Virus record (IMG/VR): IMGVR_UViG_3300047469_000094
Strand: one strand, 5' to 3'
DNA from: a virus
Lineage: Duplodnaviria > Heunggongvirae > Uroviricota > Caudoviricetes
Length of the DNA: 64,000 bases
The position numbers and the translations under genes are program-made. Each line of letters begins with the position of its first letter. Within the stretch, counting starts at the first letter, position 1. Positions 49,520-58,428 of this stretch are shown here, one piece after another. The notes below the pieces were generated by a model. It was not told the DNA's origin. It searched no databases and saw only the letters and a list, made by a program, of their open reading frames with translations.

Positions 49520-52129
49520 ATGGCTTACGTAACCCCCTCCGTTTTAGTATACCAACAACTGGAGAACAGCGGTGGCGTACTCAATTCGACCCCGGATCTG
49601 CACGCGTGCATCATTGGCCCTTGCTACACCGAAGTCACTTACGTAGCTGGATCGACTGACGCCTTGGTTCTCACCTCGGCCAAATCGTCAACCACTACTA
49701 CGGGTACCGCAATCGTAGGTAGTAAAGATATTACCGTTGCTTCCATCTCTGGTTTCTTCGCTGGTGACAGCGTGATTCTGGAAGGTGCTGCTGCATCCGC
49801 TGGACCGCTGGCCGCTACCGTAGTTTCTGTTGTAGGTAACGTAGTTACTATCGACACCGCAGTTGTTACCGCAGTTACCAGTTCGCCACTGTCCAAGAAA
49901 GGCCTCTTGGTGAACGCTTCTGTCCCTAACACTTACTCTCTGCCAGGCGTTAAACCAGGCATGGTAGTTGTTGCTCCAGAAACCAAGGTCTACCTGAACA
50001 ACGTCCTGGTTAATACCATGACTACTCAGGCGTCGGGTCACAACCAAGGTAACGTACTGACCGTAACCGCTGCTGCTACCACTGGCGCTGCCACTGCTGC
50101 CGCTTCGACTGTTACTGTTGCAAGTGCTACCGGCTTTGTAATCGGTGATCGTATTACCGTTGCAGGCGCAGGCGCTTCTGGCGTGAACCTCGTTTCGAAG
50201 ATCGTTAACATTGTCGGTTCGGTGATCACCATCGCCACCCCAATCGTTACCACCGTTGCGAGCGCAGCCGTAACCAAGAACAACCCGCTGTCGGTAAACC
50301 CACTGACCAATACCTACGTTGCTGAGCCTGGCGATACCCTGAAAGTTGCTTACACCAACACTTCGGCTGTCTCCTCGATCTTCACTACTCTGGTACAAAG
50401 CGTAACTACTTCGGCTGGTGGTATCACTAACCTGTCGCTGACTGATGCTCTGCCTACCGATCTGAGTGCAAAGACTACTGCTTCTACCGTAGTTAGCACT
50501 GCTGCCATTACTGTTGCAAGCCCAACCGGCTTCAGCGTTAACGGAAAGGTCCGTGTCGTAGGTACTGGCTTCGATATCTACAGCTCCATCGTTGGTATCG
50601 CAGGCTCGGTGTTCACTCTGGCAGATTCCATTCCGGCAACCCAAGCAGGCGTTCAGGTTTACTCCTTGAATACCGCTACTGTGTTCGTCCAGAAGGGTTA
50701 CAGCGATCAACTGCTTCCTCTGAACAAGCCACTGACCACCGGCACCAACTACGCTACTGATGATATCGGCACCTTCTCTCAGTTCACTATCAATGCTGCT
50801 CCTGAACTGGTATACGGCCCAATCATCTCGGCTGAAGTACACGTTGGCTACCGTGCTCTGCGTACTGACCTGGCTGGCACTGTAATGGAAATCGCAGACG
50901 TTAATGACCTGGAAGGCGTACTTGGTGCCCCTACCGTCACTAACCCACTGTCCCTTGGCGTGCAACTGGCTCTAGCCAACACTGCTACCTCGGTTCGCTG
51001 CATCTCCGTTCCGTCGAACGACCTGATCGGTTACCAAGTTGCTCTTGAGCTGGCAGAGAACATGCGTCTATACGCACTGGTTCCACTGACCCAAGACATC
51101 GCAATCATCAACGCTCTGAAAACTCACTGCGACCAACTGTCGGTTCCTGAGAAAGCTTCGTGGCGTGTGGCCCTGATAAACGTTAAGACTCCAGATGCAC
51201 AGTCCATCGGTCAGTACTCTGTTGATTTCCAGAACTCCGCAGCAGGCATCACCATCGATAACATCGCTGGTAAGTTTGTTCTGCACGCAGCCAACGCAGC
51301 TTTCCTGAGCGACGGCATGGTTCCCGGTGACATCATCAACGTTACTGCTGCGACTCCTTCTGGCGCTATCAATACCTACGTTGTTCAGCAGGTAGTCAGC
51401 AACCAGCAAGTAGTAGTAGATGCAACTCAGGCAGCTACCGGTATCACTTACTGGGCTTCCCGCACTCTGACCAAAACTCAGAAGGCAGAATGGGTAGCAG
51501 AGACTTCCGCTCAGTTCAACGACAAGCGTGTGATCAACATCCAGCCGGATACTTGTGGTGTTAGCATCGGCGGTGTTACTCAGTACCTGCCTGGCTACTA
51601 CCTGGCTTGTGCCGTTGCCGGTATGACCGCTGGTTTCGCAGTTCAGCAAGGCTTCACCAACATCGGCCTAGCCGGTATCACCGATCTGAAGCGTAGTAAC
51701 TTCTACTTCACCCGCTCTCAGATGGACCGTATGGCTGAGACTGGTACCTTCTTGATCGTTCAAGACGTACAAGGCGGAACCCCGTATGTTCGCCACGCGA
51801 TGACCACTGATATCTCCGTACTGGAATATCGTGAATTCCTCGTAGTGAAGAACTGGGACTTCCTGAGCTACTACTTCTACGATAAGTTGAAGCCGTTCAT
51901 TGGTAGCTGGAACATCACCACCGATACCCTGAACAACATTCGTCAGACCATTACCGCTTCTGCTGAACTGCTGAAGTCTAAGAAACTGCCGAAGATCGGG
52001 CCTCCGTTGGTTGACTACAAGCTGACCAGTATTGCTCAGAGCACCGTCAACAAAGATAACATTGATGTCCGCCTGAACATCTCGGTCGTGTACCCGAACA
52101 ACTACACCAACCTTTACCTGATCATCTAA
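49520..52129 (+). CDS. contractile tail sheath protein
   Basis: C-terminal sheath core (YLACAVAG..GFTN...GTFLIVQ...YVRHAMTTD..EFLVVKNWDF); followed by the tube gene. Confidence 0.85.
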   Translation: MAYVTPSVLVYQQLENSGGVLNSTPDLHACIIGPCYTEVTYVAGSTDALVLTSAKSSTTTTGTAIVGSKDITVASISGFFAGDSVILEGAAASAGPLAATVVSVVGNVVTIDTAVVTAVTSSPLSKKGLLVNASVPNTYSLPGVKPGMVVVAPETKVYLNNVLVNTMTTQASGHNQGNVLTVTAAATTGAATAAASTVTVASATGFVIGDRITVAGAGASGVNLVSKIVNIVGSVITIATPIVTTVASAAVTKNNPLSVNPLTNTYVAEPGDTLKVAYTNTSAVSSIFTTLVQSVTTSAGGITNLSLTDALPTDLSAKTTASTVVSTAAITVASPTGFSVNGKVRVVGTGFDIYSSIVGIAGSVFTLADSIPATQAGVQVYSLNTATVFVQKGYSDQLLPLNKPLTTGTNYATDDIGTFSQFTINAAPELVYGPIISAEVHVGYRALRTDLAGTVMEIADVNDLEGVLGAPTVTNPLSLGVQLALANTATSVRCISVPSNDLIGYQVALELAENMRLYALVPLTQDIAIINALKTHCDQLSVPEKASWRVALINVKTPDAQSIGQYSVDFQNSAAGITIDNIAGKFVLHAANAAFLSDGMVPGDIINVTAATPSGAINTYVVQQVVSNQQVVVDATQAATGITYWASRTLTKTQKAEWVAETSAQFNDKRVINIQPDTCGVSIGGVTQYLPGYYLACAVAGMTAGFAVQQGFTNIGLAGITDLKRSNFYFTRSQMDRMAETGTFLIVQDVQGGTPYVRHAMTTDISVLEYREFLVVKNWDFLSYYFYDKLKPFIGSWNITTDTLNNIRQTITASAELLKSKKLPKIGPPLVDYKLTSIAQSTVNKDNIDVRLNISVVYPNNYTNLYLII

Positions 52130-52299
52130 TGGATAATCGGTATCTAGAGAAGGCGGCTTCGATCCTGAAGCTGCCGGTTACTAAGGTTGGTGGAGCTGCC
52201 GGTCTCATTCGGTCTGCGGGCTCAATGAAACGTAATTTCGGGTTTCACTCAATGGCCAAAACGCCGTTGATCCAACGAATCAAAGCTTCTCTTCACTAA
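52129..52299 (+). CDS. NxYLEKxA-tagged small basic protein (56 aa, not in ORF track)
   Basis: Hand translation MDNRYLEKAASILKLPVTKVGGAAGLIRSAGSMKRNFGFHSMAKTPLIQRIKASLH; ATG overlaps the sheath stop. Confidence 0.75.
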   Translation: MDNRYLEKAASILKLPVTKVGGAAGLIRSAGSMKRNFGFHSMAKTPLIQRIKASLH

Positions 52300-52311
52300 G
52301 GATTTCAGATC

Positions 52312-52986
52312 ATGTCTGTAACTAAGCAAAACGATCAGCTCGGCTCAACAGCCGACTACGGTTTCAGCACTGGCTGGGACTGGAAAGGGGACTATGTAAG
52401 CAAGCTAGCTGATGACGGTTACGAACGTTTCAGTCAGTTTTCTGCATCCCCAGATACCACCTTGATGTTCGCAGGTCCTGCCCGTTATACCGGCCTGTCT
52501 AACTCTACTTCCGACTTGGTTCCAATCGGTCTTACCGACGGCATCCAATACGGCGCTAGCGCAAACCTGGCTCGTCTGTACGAGATTGGTTCTAACCGTG
52601 CGTTCTTCACTCGCGGTAAGACTGCAAGCTCCATCTCGTTCGGTCGAATGCTGGCTGACAACGGTAACATCCTGTACGCTCTGAGCCGTAACGCTTACCG
52701 TCCATTGATGAACACAGACGGCATGAAAGCTTCCGGTGCCGAGTCACCTACTCCAAGCATCATGATGAACTTGGACTCTGAGTACTTCGCAGTTCCTTTC
52801 GGTCTGCTTCTGGTGTTCAAGACCCGTGGTGGCGATTCGGATGGCTACGGTAAAACCCTGACCGCCGTATACCTGGAATACTGCATGATCGAAGGCTACA
52901 ACTTCTCGGTCAACGCTCAGTCCCCAGTTATCGTCGAAGGTGTTTCGATTCAGTATGACCGACCTGTCCCGGTTAGCATTACTTAA
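52312..52986 (+). CDS. tail tube protein
   Basis: Follows the sheath gene; LYEIGS..FF, YLEYC.I..YNF, SIQYDR beta-strand pattern. Confidence 0.75.
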   Translation: MSVTKQNDQLGSTADYGFSTGWDWKGDYVSKLADDGYERFSQFSASPDTTLMFAGPARYTGLSNSTSDLVPIGLTDGIQYGASANLARLYEIGSNRAFFTRGKTASSISFGRMLADNGNILYALSRNAYRPLMNTDGMKASGAESPTPSIMMNLDSEYFAVPFGLLLVFKTRGGDSDGYGKTLTAVYLEYCMIEGYNFSVNAQSPVIVEGVSIQYDRPVPVSIT

Positions 52987-52997
52987 GTCGTAGACAA

Positions 52998-53038
52998 GCT
53001 AAAAAAAGAAACCCCGGCCTAGGCTGGGGTTTTTGTTG
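52998..53038. terminator. bidirectional intrinsic terminator
   Basis: GCTAAAAAAAGAAACCCCGG CCTAGG CTGGGGTTTTTG between convergent genes. Confidence 0.8.
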
Positions 53039-53839
53039 TTACAGGTATTTCTTCGGAATCTTGGAGATGATCTCTTCTTTCCAGAGGTACTTGTCTCGGG
53101 CACCTTGGCCACGATCTTTGGTCTTACCGACCACCTCCGCCATTCTCATGGCTTTCTGGGTTGGGGCATACCGATTGGCTACCCGAGTGTGATAGCCGAG
53201 AACTTCAAAGATTGCGTTCAAACGAGATGCCGTAACCCCAAGCTTGTTCGCCAACTTTGCAGTTGAGAAGAGATGGCTTTTCACAGGTTCACGAGCAGGT
53301 TTACTGAGAACCGGAGCGGCAATCGCAGGTACTTGTGGCCTGGAGGTATGAAGCTCTTTCCGAATATCCGCCATGTCACTTCGCAAAGTTTCGAACGCTG
53401 CAAGGACCTGAGTCAGAACACTGACGGGGACTTGAGCTTCGGAAACGTGTACGAACTCCTTCTTACGGAGGCCTGGTAAAAGCACAGAGGTGACCCACTT
53501 TTTAAAGCGTTTTGCTTCTGGCTTACGACTGCGGAGGATGGCTGAGTAGAGTCCGGACTCGTTAATCGCCAGCATTTCCAGGGGTCCGCGTATGGTACTC
53601 ACAATCTGAGTACCTATGTCCTCCTCATCAAGGTTCCGGACCATGTTGGTTGAATCCCGGTAATCTAGGGCCTTTGCAACGTCACTTGCGACAAACCATG
53701 GAGATCCTCCGTGAGTAGCAGTTCGGACCTCGTTACCTTCAAAATCGAAAATGCCTAGGGCGTTGTTATCTGGAACAGCTAAAGCAAGTTGGTTCATTGG
53801 TAAGGTCTCGTAGAGAATAGTAGTGAGGTTCTTCCTCAA
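53039..53839 (-). CDS. BRO-N domain (antirepressor-like) protein
   Basis: FDFEGNEVR....PWFVASDVAKALDY...INESGLYSAILRSRKPEAKRFKKWVT; C-terminal ANT/KilAC-like segment. Confidence 0.9.
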   Translation of the reverse strand: MRKNLTTILYETLPMNQLALAVPDNNALGIFDFEGNEVRTATHGGSPWFVASDVAKALDYRDSTNMVRNLDEEDIGTQIVSTIRGPLEMLAINESGLYSAILRSRKPEAKRFKKWVTSVLLPGLRKKEFVHVSEAQVPVSVLTQVLAAFETLRSDMADIRKELHTSRPQVPAIAAPVLSKPAREPVKSHLFSTAKLANKLGVTASRLNAIFEVLGYHTRVANRYAPTQKAMRMAEVVGKTKDRGQGARDKYLWKEEIISKIPKKYL

Positions 53840-53922
53840 TCTAGTTATACCAAACCGTTTCCAAATATTGAGGGGTACTCACTAAATGAGTACCCTTTCA
53901 AATATTGAGTTAAGATACCCTC

Positions 53923-54007
53923 AACGTGACTGCATCCAGTTACCCACCTTCCTCCTAGCTTCAGCCTAGTGAGTGCCCTAAGGCCCGTGCAATGCGGGTT
54001 TCTTTTT
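53923..54007 (+). ncRNA. candidate small RNA 1
   Basis: GTTAAGAT late-like motif at 53909; no ORF; ends in hairpin plus T-tract (53984-54007). Confidence 0.35.
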
Positions 54008-54021
54008 GTTAAAATATTACC

Positions 54022-54171
54022 GTCTAATAGAAACATTCCTGCCGTACTTTACCGCGAGAGGTAGAGGCGGGGTCTGACCCTAATTGGGGTCTTAGGGTTT
54101 TCCAGAGGGAATTCCGCCACGAAACAAACAGGTCTTAACCACTTCAACCCGTCTAGTACGGGTTTTCTTTT
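54022..54171 (+). ncRNA. candidate structured ncRNA 2
   Basis: Perfect late motif GTTAAAAT at 54008; no ATG; several stems; terminator AACCCGT-CTAGT-ACGGGTT-TTCTTTT. Confidence 0.55.
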
Positions 54172-54187
54172 GCGCTAAAATTCATCC

Positions 54188-55042
54188 ATGACTAAGAACC
54201 CCTACCTGGAGAAACAGTCTGGCCTCTTGGCTGGTACTGCCATTTCTCACCTTGCACAGAACATCGCTACCAACCAAGCTCTCAAGAGTAAGAAGGTTGC
54301 GAAGTACCTCGCCAACTCTTTTACTGAGGGATACCACGGTGTAGTAAACAAATCGCTTAAGGCCAAGGCTGCGAGGAGTGCAACGTCGGTAATTACTCCA
54401 GACGTGGCTGCGGCTCACACTGCTGCTCACGAGGCAGGGGGTCATCTCAGCGAGGTTCTTCATGGTGCTACCAAACGTCAACGAGCTGCTGCACGAATGG
54501 CTGTAGAAGGTAAGTTCGATACGCTTAAGAAACTGAATATGCACGAGGACCCCGTAGTTAAGGCGGTTCACGGAGTTCTTCAGAAGCACCTGCCGACGAT
54601 CAAAAACCTTAGCGATAAGCACTTGGGTGAGTTGTCAAAACTGTGGAAGGACAAAAGCCATCCGTTGCTCAGTAACATTGCTAAGAACATCGGTCATGGT
54701 AAGGTCCCGGTAGGATCTAACTTTGTTCCAGGCAAGCACACTCAGGCACTGCCTTTGCTAAGCTCAATATCAGTGGCTCCTATTGAGCCGGGTGCTGCTA
54801 TTCTCGACGGTGCAAAAGCTCTTGCAGGAAGCAAGGCTGTTCAAGGAAACAAATACGGTAAAAAAGCCGTAGATTTCCTCAAGAAGACTTTCATCACCAA
54901 CCCTCTCAAACATGGTGCAGAGTCTAAGGTTCCGGTAGGCGGCTTTAAGCATGAAGCGTATAAGTATCTAGGTAACCCTACTTCTGCACACCTAAAAAGA
55001 ACCGCCGCTGCAATATCGCACGCGACGGGTTCTTCTACTTAG
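54188..55042 (+). CDS. NxYLEK-tagged basic protein
   Basis: MTKNPYLEKQSG; late motif 14 nt upstream. Confidence 0.8.
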   Translation: MTKNPYLEKQSGLLAGTAISHLAQNIATNQALKSKKVAKYLANSFTEGYHGVVNKSLKAKAARSATSVITPDVAAAHTAAHEAGGHLSEVLHGATKRQRAAARMAVEGKFDTLKKLNMHEDPVVKAVHGVLQKHLPTIKNLSDKHLGELSKLWKDKSHPLLSNIAKNIGHGKVPVGSNFVPGKHTQALPLLSSISVAPIEPGAAILDGAKALAGSKAVQGNKYGKKAVDFLKKTFITNPLKHGAESKVPVGGFKHEAYKYLGNPTSAHLKRTAAAISHATGSST

Positions 55043-55142
55043 AGCCCCTCACCCTATCCGCTCCCCAAAGTATCAAGGCAGCTACGATAGCGATCATGCT
55101 GATGGGATGTTCTGTAACGAAGTTGAAAATCAGGTGGGTCAT
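55036..55142 (-). CDS. small membrane peptide (35 aa, not in ORF track)
   Basis: MTHLIFNFVTEHPISMIAIVAALILWGADRVRGSK; coupled by ATGA overlap. Confidence 0.55.
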
Positions 55143-55237
55143 ACTTTTAACACCAAGTATAGGATAGTGAGGGACAGAGCATAGAGCAGTAGTGCTGCGA
55201 TGGTAAGATCTCTCACCAGCATCAAGAACACTTTCAT
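55139..55237 (-). CDS. small membrane peptide (32 aa, not in ORF track)
   Basis: MKVFLMLVRDLTIAALLLYALSLTILYLVLKV; AGGAGG RBS; promoter at 55275. Confidence 0.7.
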   Translation of the reverse strand: MKVFLMLVRDLTIAALLLYALSLTILYLVLKV

Positions 55238-55308
55238 GACTCCTCCTAGGTTAGTAATAGTTTTATCTACCTTACTTATACCCGAATGGACAACGTTAAA
55301 CTGAGATT

Positions 55309-56451
55309 ATGAGTAGCATATTCAATCAAACCACTCCGGTTTCCCGGGACGTCCTCGAAGGCACAGTTCTGAGCGTAGATGCTCAGCGATACTGCTGCAC
55401 CGTTAAAACCATTCAAGGTCAACGTTACGACAACGTTATCTGGGTATCTCCTTCTGGTGGTGGTGGCAGGGCGTCGTCTTCGTTCACTCCAAAGATGGGT
55501 GATCGGGTAAAGCTATCTACAGGTCTTGGTTATCCAGTCATTGACGGATTCCTTCCTAGAATCGACCGAGATCCATCTACGCCTCTGGCAATTGATACGG
55601 GCTCCTCTTTCGGAGATACCGGCAAGCTCACCCCACTCTCTGGTGACTCGTACAACTCCGGTAAGGCCGGAGATATGATGGCAGGAGATACCATCCTCTC
55701 TTCTGAGGGTGGTGGCATGATGGGTGTTCTTCGTGCGGGCACTGTTCTGCTGAAGGCCAGCGTCCTTGCCCAGATCATCATTAGTAAGTTCGATGACTGT
55801 GTTCGACTCGTAGGTCGGAACCTAGAGTTCATGTCTGAGGTAGGTGTTGATGTATACGCCTCGGTAAAAGGCACAGTATACAAATACTCGGCTTACGCTC
55901 GAACCGTAGCGGAAGCTCGGTCAGGTATTTTCCGTTACCAAGAAATGTACGGAGACGTGGATACTGCTGCGGCTCTGAAGGACACCTATGAACTAGGTTC
56001 AGCCGGTGGCTCTGCAACCCCGGGCGGTCCCCTGAAACGAGTCATGGTTGTAGATGGTACCGGTGCCACTCTTCGTATCGAAGAGACTGACCTCCTCGGG
56101 AACGTAACCACCACTACTAAAACTCCAGACGGTTCCCACTACAGCACCATGGTCAATACCAACGGTGCGTGGACAATGACTACTACTGACGGTACTAGCA
56201 CAAGTGCAGTCAACAATACCAACGCTGCTTGGGCCGTAACCACAACCAACGGCACCTTCTGCACCGTTAGCGTAGTAAAGGACACCATTGTTCTGAACTA
56301 CAACAATGATTCCTCTGTGACTATCAACGCTACTGGCGTGGTTACTAAAAAAGGAAGTACCGTTACACAGGTCCTGGTTGACTCTATCCTCATGGACGCC
56401 TCGGGTGGCCACTTCGTACACATCACTCCTGCCGGGGTTCAGCTAGGGTAA
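55309..56451 (+). CDS. baseplate central spike (gpV/gp5-like OB fold plus beta-helix)
   Basis: GTVLSVD....V...P..GDRV N-terminus; Thr/Val-rich beta repeats; C-terminal His (GGHFVHI). Confidence 0.75.
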   Translation: MSSIFNQTTPVSRDVLEGTVLSVDAQRYCCTVKTIQGQRYDNVIWVSPSGGGGRASSSFTPKMGDRVKLSTGLGYPVIDGFLPRIDRDPSTPLAIDTGSSFGDTGKLTPLSGDSYNSGKAGDMMAGDTILSSEGGGMMGVLRAGTVLLKASVLAQIIISKFDDCVRLVGRNLEFMSEVGVDVYASVKGTVYKYSAYARTVAEARSGIFRYQEMYGDVDTAAALKDTYELGSAGGSATPGGPLKRVMVVDGTGATLRIEETDLLGNVTTTTKTPDGSHYSTMVNTNGAWTMTTTDGTSTSAVNNTNAAWAVTTTNGTFCTVSVVKDTIVLNYNNDSSVTINATGVVTKKGSTVTQVLVDSILMDASGGHFVHITPAGVQLG

Positions 56452-56472
56452 AAGAGGGCGGAAGCCCTCAGT

Positions 56473-56859
56473 TCATGCAGCCATCTCAACATCAGATGAC
56501 GGGTTGAATTTAACCTTGGCAAGGAAGTGTTTGAATGTTTCCTGCGCTACTTCCTGCGAATCCCTTTCGTCCGAGAGGGCGTATCGCACCACCAAGATCA
56601 TTGCCTTGGCAGTATAGTATTCACTGGCCTTAATGATATCGTCTCTGTCTTTAGCAAAGATTAGATCGATTTCATACGCAAGCTCAATTCGGCTCATCTC
56701 CTCCGTGAATGTTGCCTTGCTTCGGATAACCCCTGCCCTCCTGGCCATTTCTTCTAAGTAGGTATCTACAGACTGGTGATCTTCCGAAAACAGTGCTGTA
56801 AAACTGACTTCCTGAATTGATCCATCAATCAGGCGACGATTCCAGATTACGGTTTTCAT
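56473..56859 (-). CDS. hypothetical protein
   Basis: 128 aa after the promoter at 56892. Confidence 0.7.
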   Translation of the reverse strand: MKTVIWNRRLIDGSIQEVSFTALFSEDHQSVDTYLEEMARRAGVIRSKATFTEEMSRIELAYEIDLIFAKDRDDIIKASEYYTAKAMILVVRYALSDERDSQEVAQETFKHFLAKVKFNPSSDVEMAA

Positions 56860-57074
56860 TAGCGTACAACCTCTAGTTTCATTACATAATACTTATACCA
56901 ATTTAGAGACCTCATCTGGGCTAAAACGAGGCCCCCGGCTTTCGCCGAGGAATCCTCAAAACGGGTGTAGTCTTTATTGGTGTTGAGGCACAGTGTTTTC
57001 TTTGATCGAATCTTGAGAAGCCCATAGCTTACTGTTCATGTTCAGATTCCAAACAGTTTGCGTTGTACAGCGTT

Positions 57075-58079
57075 TTACCCAGGCTGGTGTTGGTAAGGAG
57101 TTGATCGGTTGATCACTTCCCAATCCGTGCATGCCCCTTGGAATCGTTCGATGAGTTTCGAAGACCCTTCAGGGTTTAGCTGTCCAAACCAGTTGAGCTT
57201 GCCACGAACTCTCATTAAGAATTCGTTTGCGGTGAGACCGGTCTTAGACGCTTCTGCTTCCAGACCATTTTTAACACTGTTGTGAACGACGGCTCTTAAC
57301 CGAAGACGCTCGTTCCGGAGGAGATTCACCTTCTCGTTCACAACGGTACCGCACACATACAAACGACTGCGTCGAGTACCTTTCTTCATTACTTTCGTCT
57401 TAGCCTTATTGACCCGGAAGCCAAAGCCGACGAGAACCCCAGACACGAACTCGATAGCTTCTTGGGCGTTGAAGTCTGCCTTCGAAGAAATCGTGATGTC
57501 ATCTGCGTAGATGGTAAGGGCCAGGCCCCTGTCTTCGCAGAACTTCTTTACCACAGGCCCGAAAGTCCTAGAGGCAACCACGTTGCTAATCTTTGGACTG
57601 GTCAATCCACCCTGCGGAACATTTGGCCCTAAGGTCATAAGCTCCGACAAGGTGCGGGCCGGAGACTCTCCGAAGCCGACGCTTTGCATCAAGTCTTTCA
57701 GAACGTTTTGCTTAATGCTCGGAAAGTAGTCCTTGATGTCAAGGCTTACAACTTGCAAGCTACCCTCATGCATCTTCGCCATGACCGGGATAGATTTGTC
57801 CCGTTCGAAAGCGTAAATGTAATCCGGGATCTCGAAGTACTTCTCTAGGACCTCCTTCAAGATTCGGAACTGCAACAAACGCATGAGATTGCTTGGGTTG
57901 TAAACGACCCTATAACCACCCTTCTTCGGAATCTTCAGAAGCTTGTAGTGATCGGATTTGTTCTTCGAAGCATACGTCAGCGTCGCTGAGCTCTGCACTC
58001 TGAGAAGTTTCGATAGTTCGCGGTTCGATTGAGGCATCGAGTTCTCCAAGGGTTGCTTCTGGCAATCCAAGGTGATCAA
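57075..58079 (-). CDS. retron-type reverse transcriptase
   Basis: Y..KIPKKGG.R.VYNP, MAKMH (NAxxH-like), VPQGGLTSPKISN, IYADDITIS, FRVNKAKT, VCG (VTG-like); start at TTG 58079 or ATG 58037, both with GGAG; frame open to 58187. Confidence 0.9.
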   Translation of the reverse strand: MITLDCQKQPLENSMPQSNRELSKLLRVQSSATLTYASKNKSDHYKLLKIPKKGGYRVVYNPSNLMRLLQFRILKEVLEKYFEIPDYIYAFERDKSIPVMAKMHEGSLQVVSLDIKDYFPSIKQNVLKDLMQSVGFGESPARTLSELMTLGPNVPQGGLTSPKISNVVASRTFGPVVKKFCEDRGLALTIYADDITISSKADFNAQEAIEFVSGVLVGFGFRVNKAKTKVMKKGTRRSRLYVCGTVVNEKVNLLRNERLRLRAVVHNSVKNGLEAEASKTGLTANEFLMRVRGKLNWFGQLNPEGSSKLIERFQGACTDWEVINRSTPYQHQPG

Positions 58080-58407
58080 GGTTCCCTCCAAGGAGGAGAG
58101 TTGCTTCCTCAATTGAGAGTCGTCGAACGGGTCTTGCGTCGATTCTTCGACGGTAGATGTCACGAGGGAAGACAGCATAGAAACCACTCCGAACAGATCC
58201 GATATTCTTCAAGTAGATAACGCCAAGGCGCACTACTCCTACATGCTTTTCAAGAGGAACGAACCCCGCGTTGTTAGGGGTCCCCGTGACCACTGCGTAT
58301 TTCTCGTAGTGGCCTGCCTCGGAGTTAAAACACATAAGACCCTTGTGAGGTCGAAGACATTTCAACGTATCCCGAGGTGAAGCGGTGGTGCTAGGGCGAA
58401 TCGCCAT
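57910..58407 (-). CDS. RT-associated hypothetical protein (overlaps the RT 5' end)
   Basis: AGGAGG RBS; 165 aa; acidic C-terminal tail encoded in the overlap. Confidence 0.7.
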   Translation of the reverse strand: MAIRPSTTASPRDTLKCLRPHKGLMCFNSEAGHYEKYAVVTGTPNNAGFVPLEKHVGVVRLGVIYLKNIGSVRSGFYAVFPRDIYRRRIDARPVRRLSIEEATLLLGGNLDHLGLPEATLGELDASIEPRTIETSQSAELSDADVCFEEQIRSLQASEDSEEGWL

Positions 58408-58428
58408 TAGAGAGCCTCCTAAGCTCGG

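Noticed and set aside
53845-54036. 63-aa minus-strand ORF upstream of the BRO-N gene
   Set aside because: It would run through the BRO-N promoter and two plus-strand promoter/terminator units; no RBS at its start
54060-54126. Hammerhead ribozyme (CTGA...CGAAAC)
   Set aside because: The required CUGANGA core is absent (CTGACCC) and the stems do not fit the hammerhead topology
56974-57039. 21-codon ORF (MNSKLWASQDSIKENTVPQHQ) in the RT trailer
   Set aside because: No RBS and too short to support; kept only as a caveat to the ncRNA interpretation of the trailer
57075-58187. RT as part of a diversity-generating retroelement or group II intron
   Set aside because: Motifs are retron-like (PQGG.TSP, YADD, VCG). 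There is no maturase/endonuclease extension or interrupted host gene, and no template/variable repeat pair differing at adenines was found, including against the tail fibre gene at 16666
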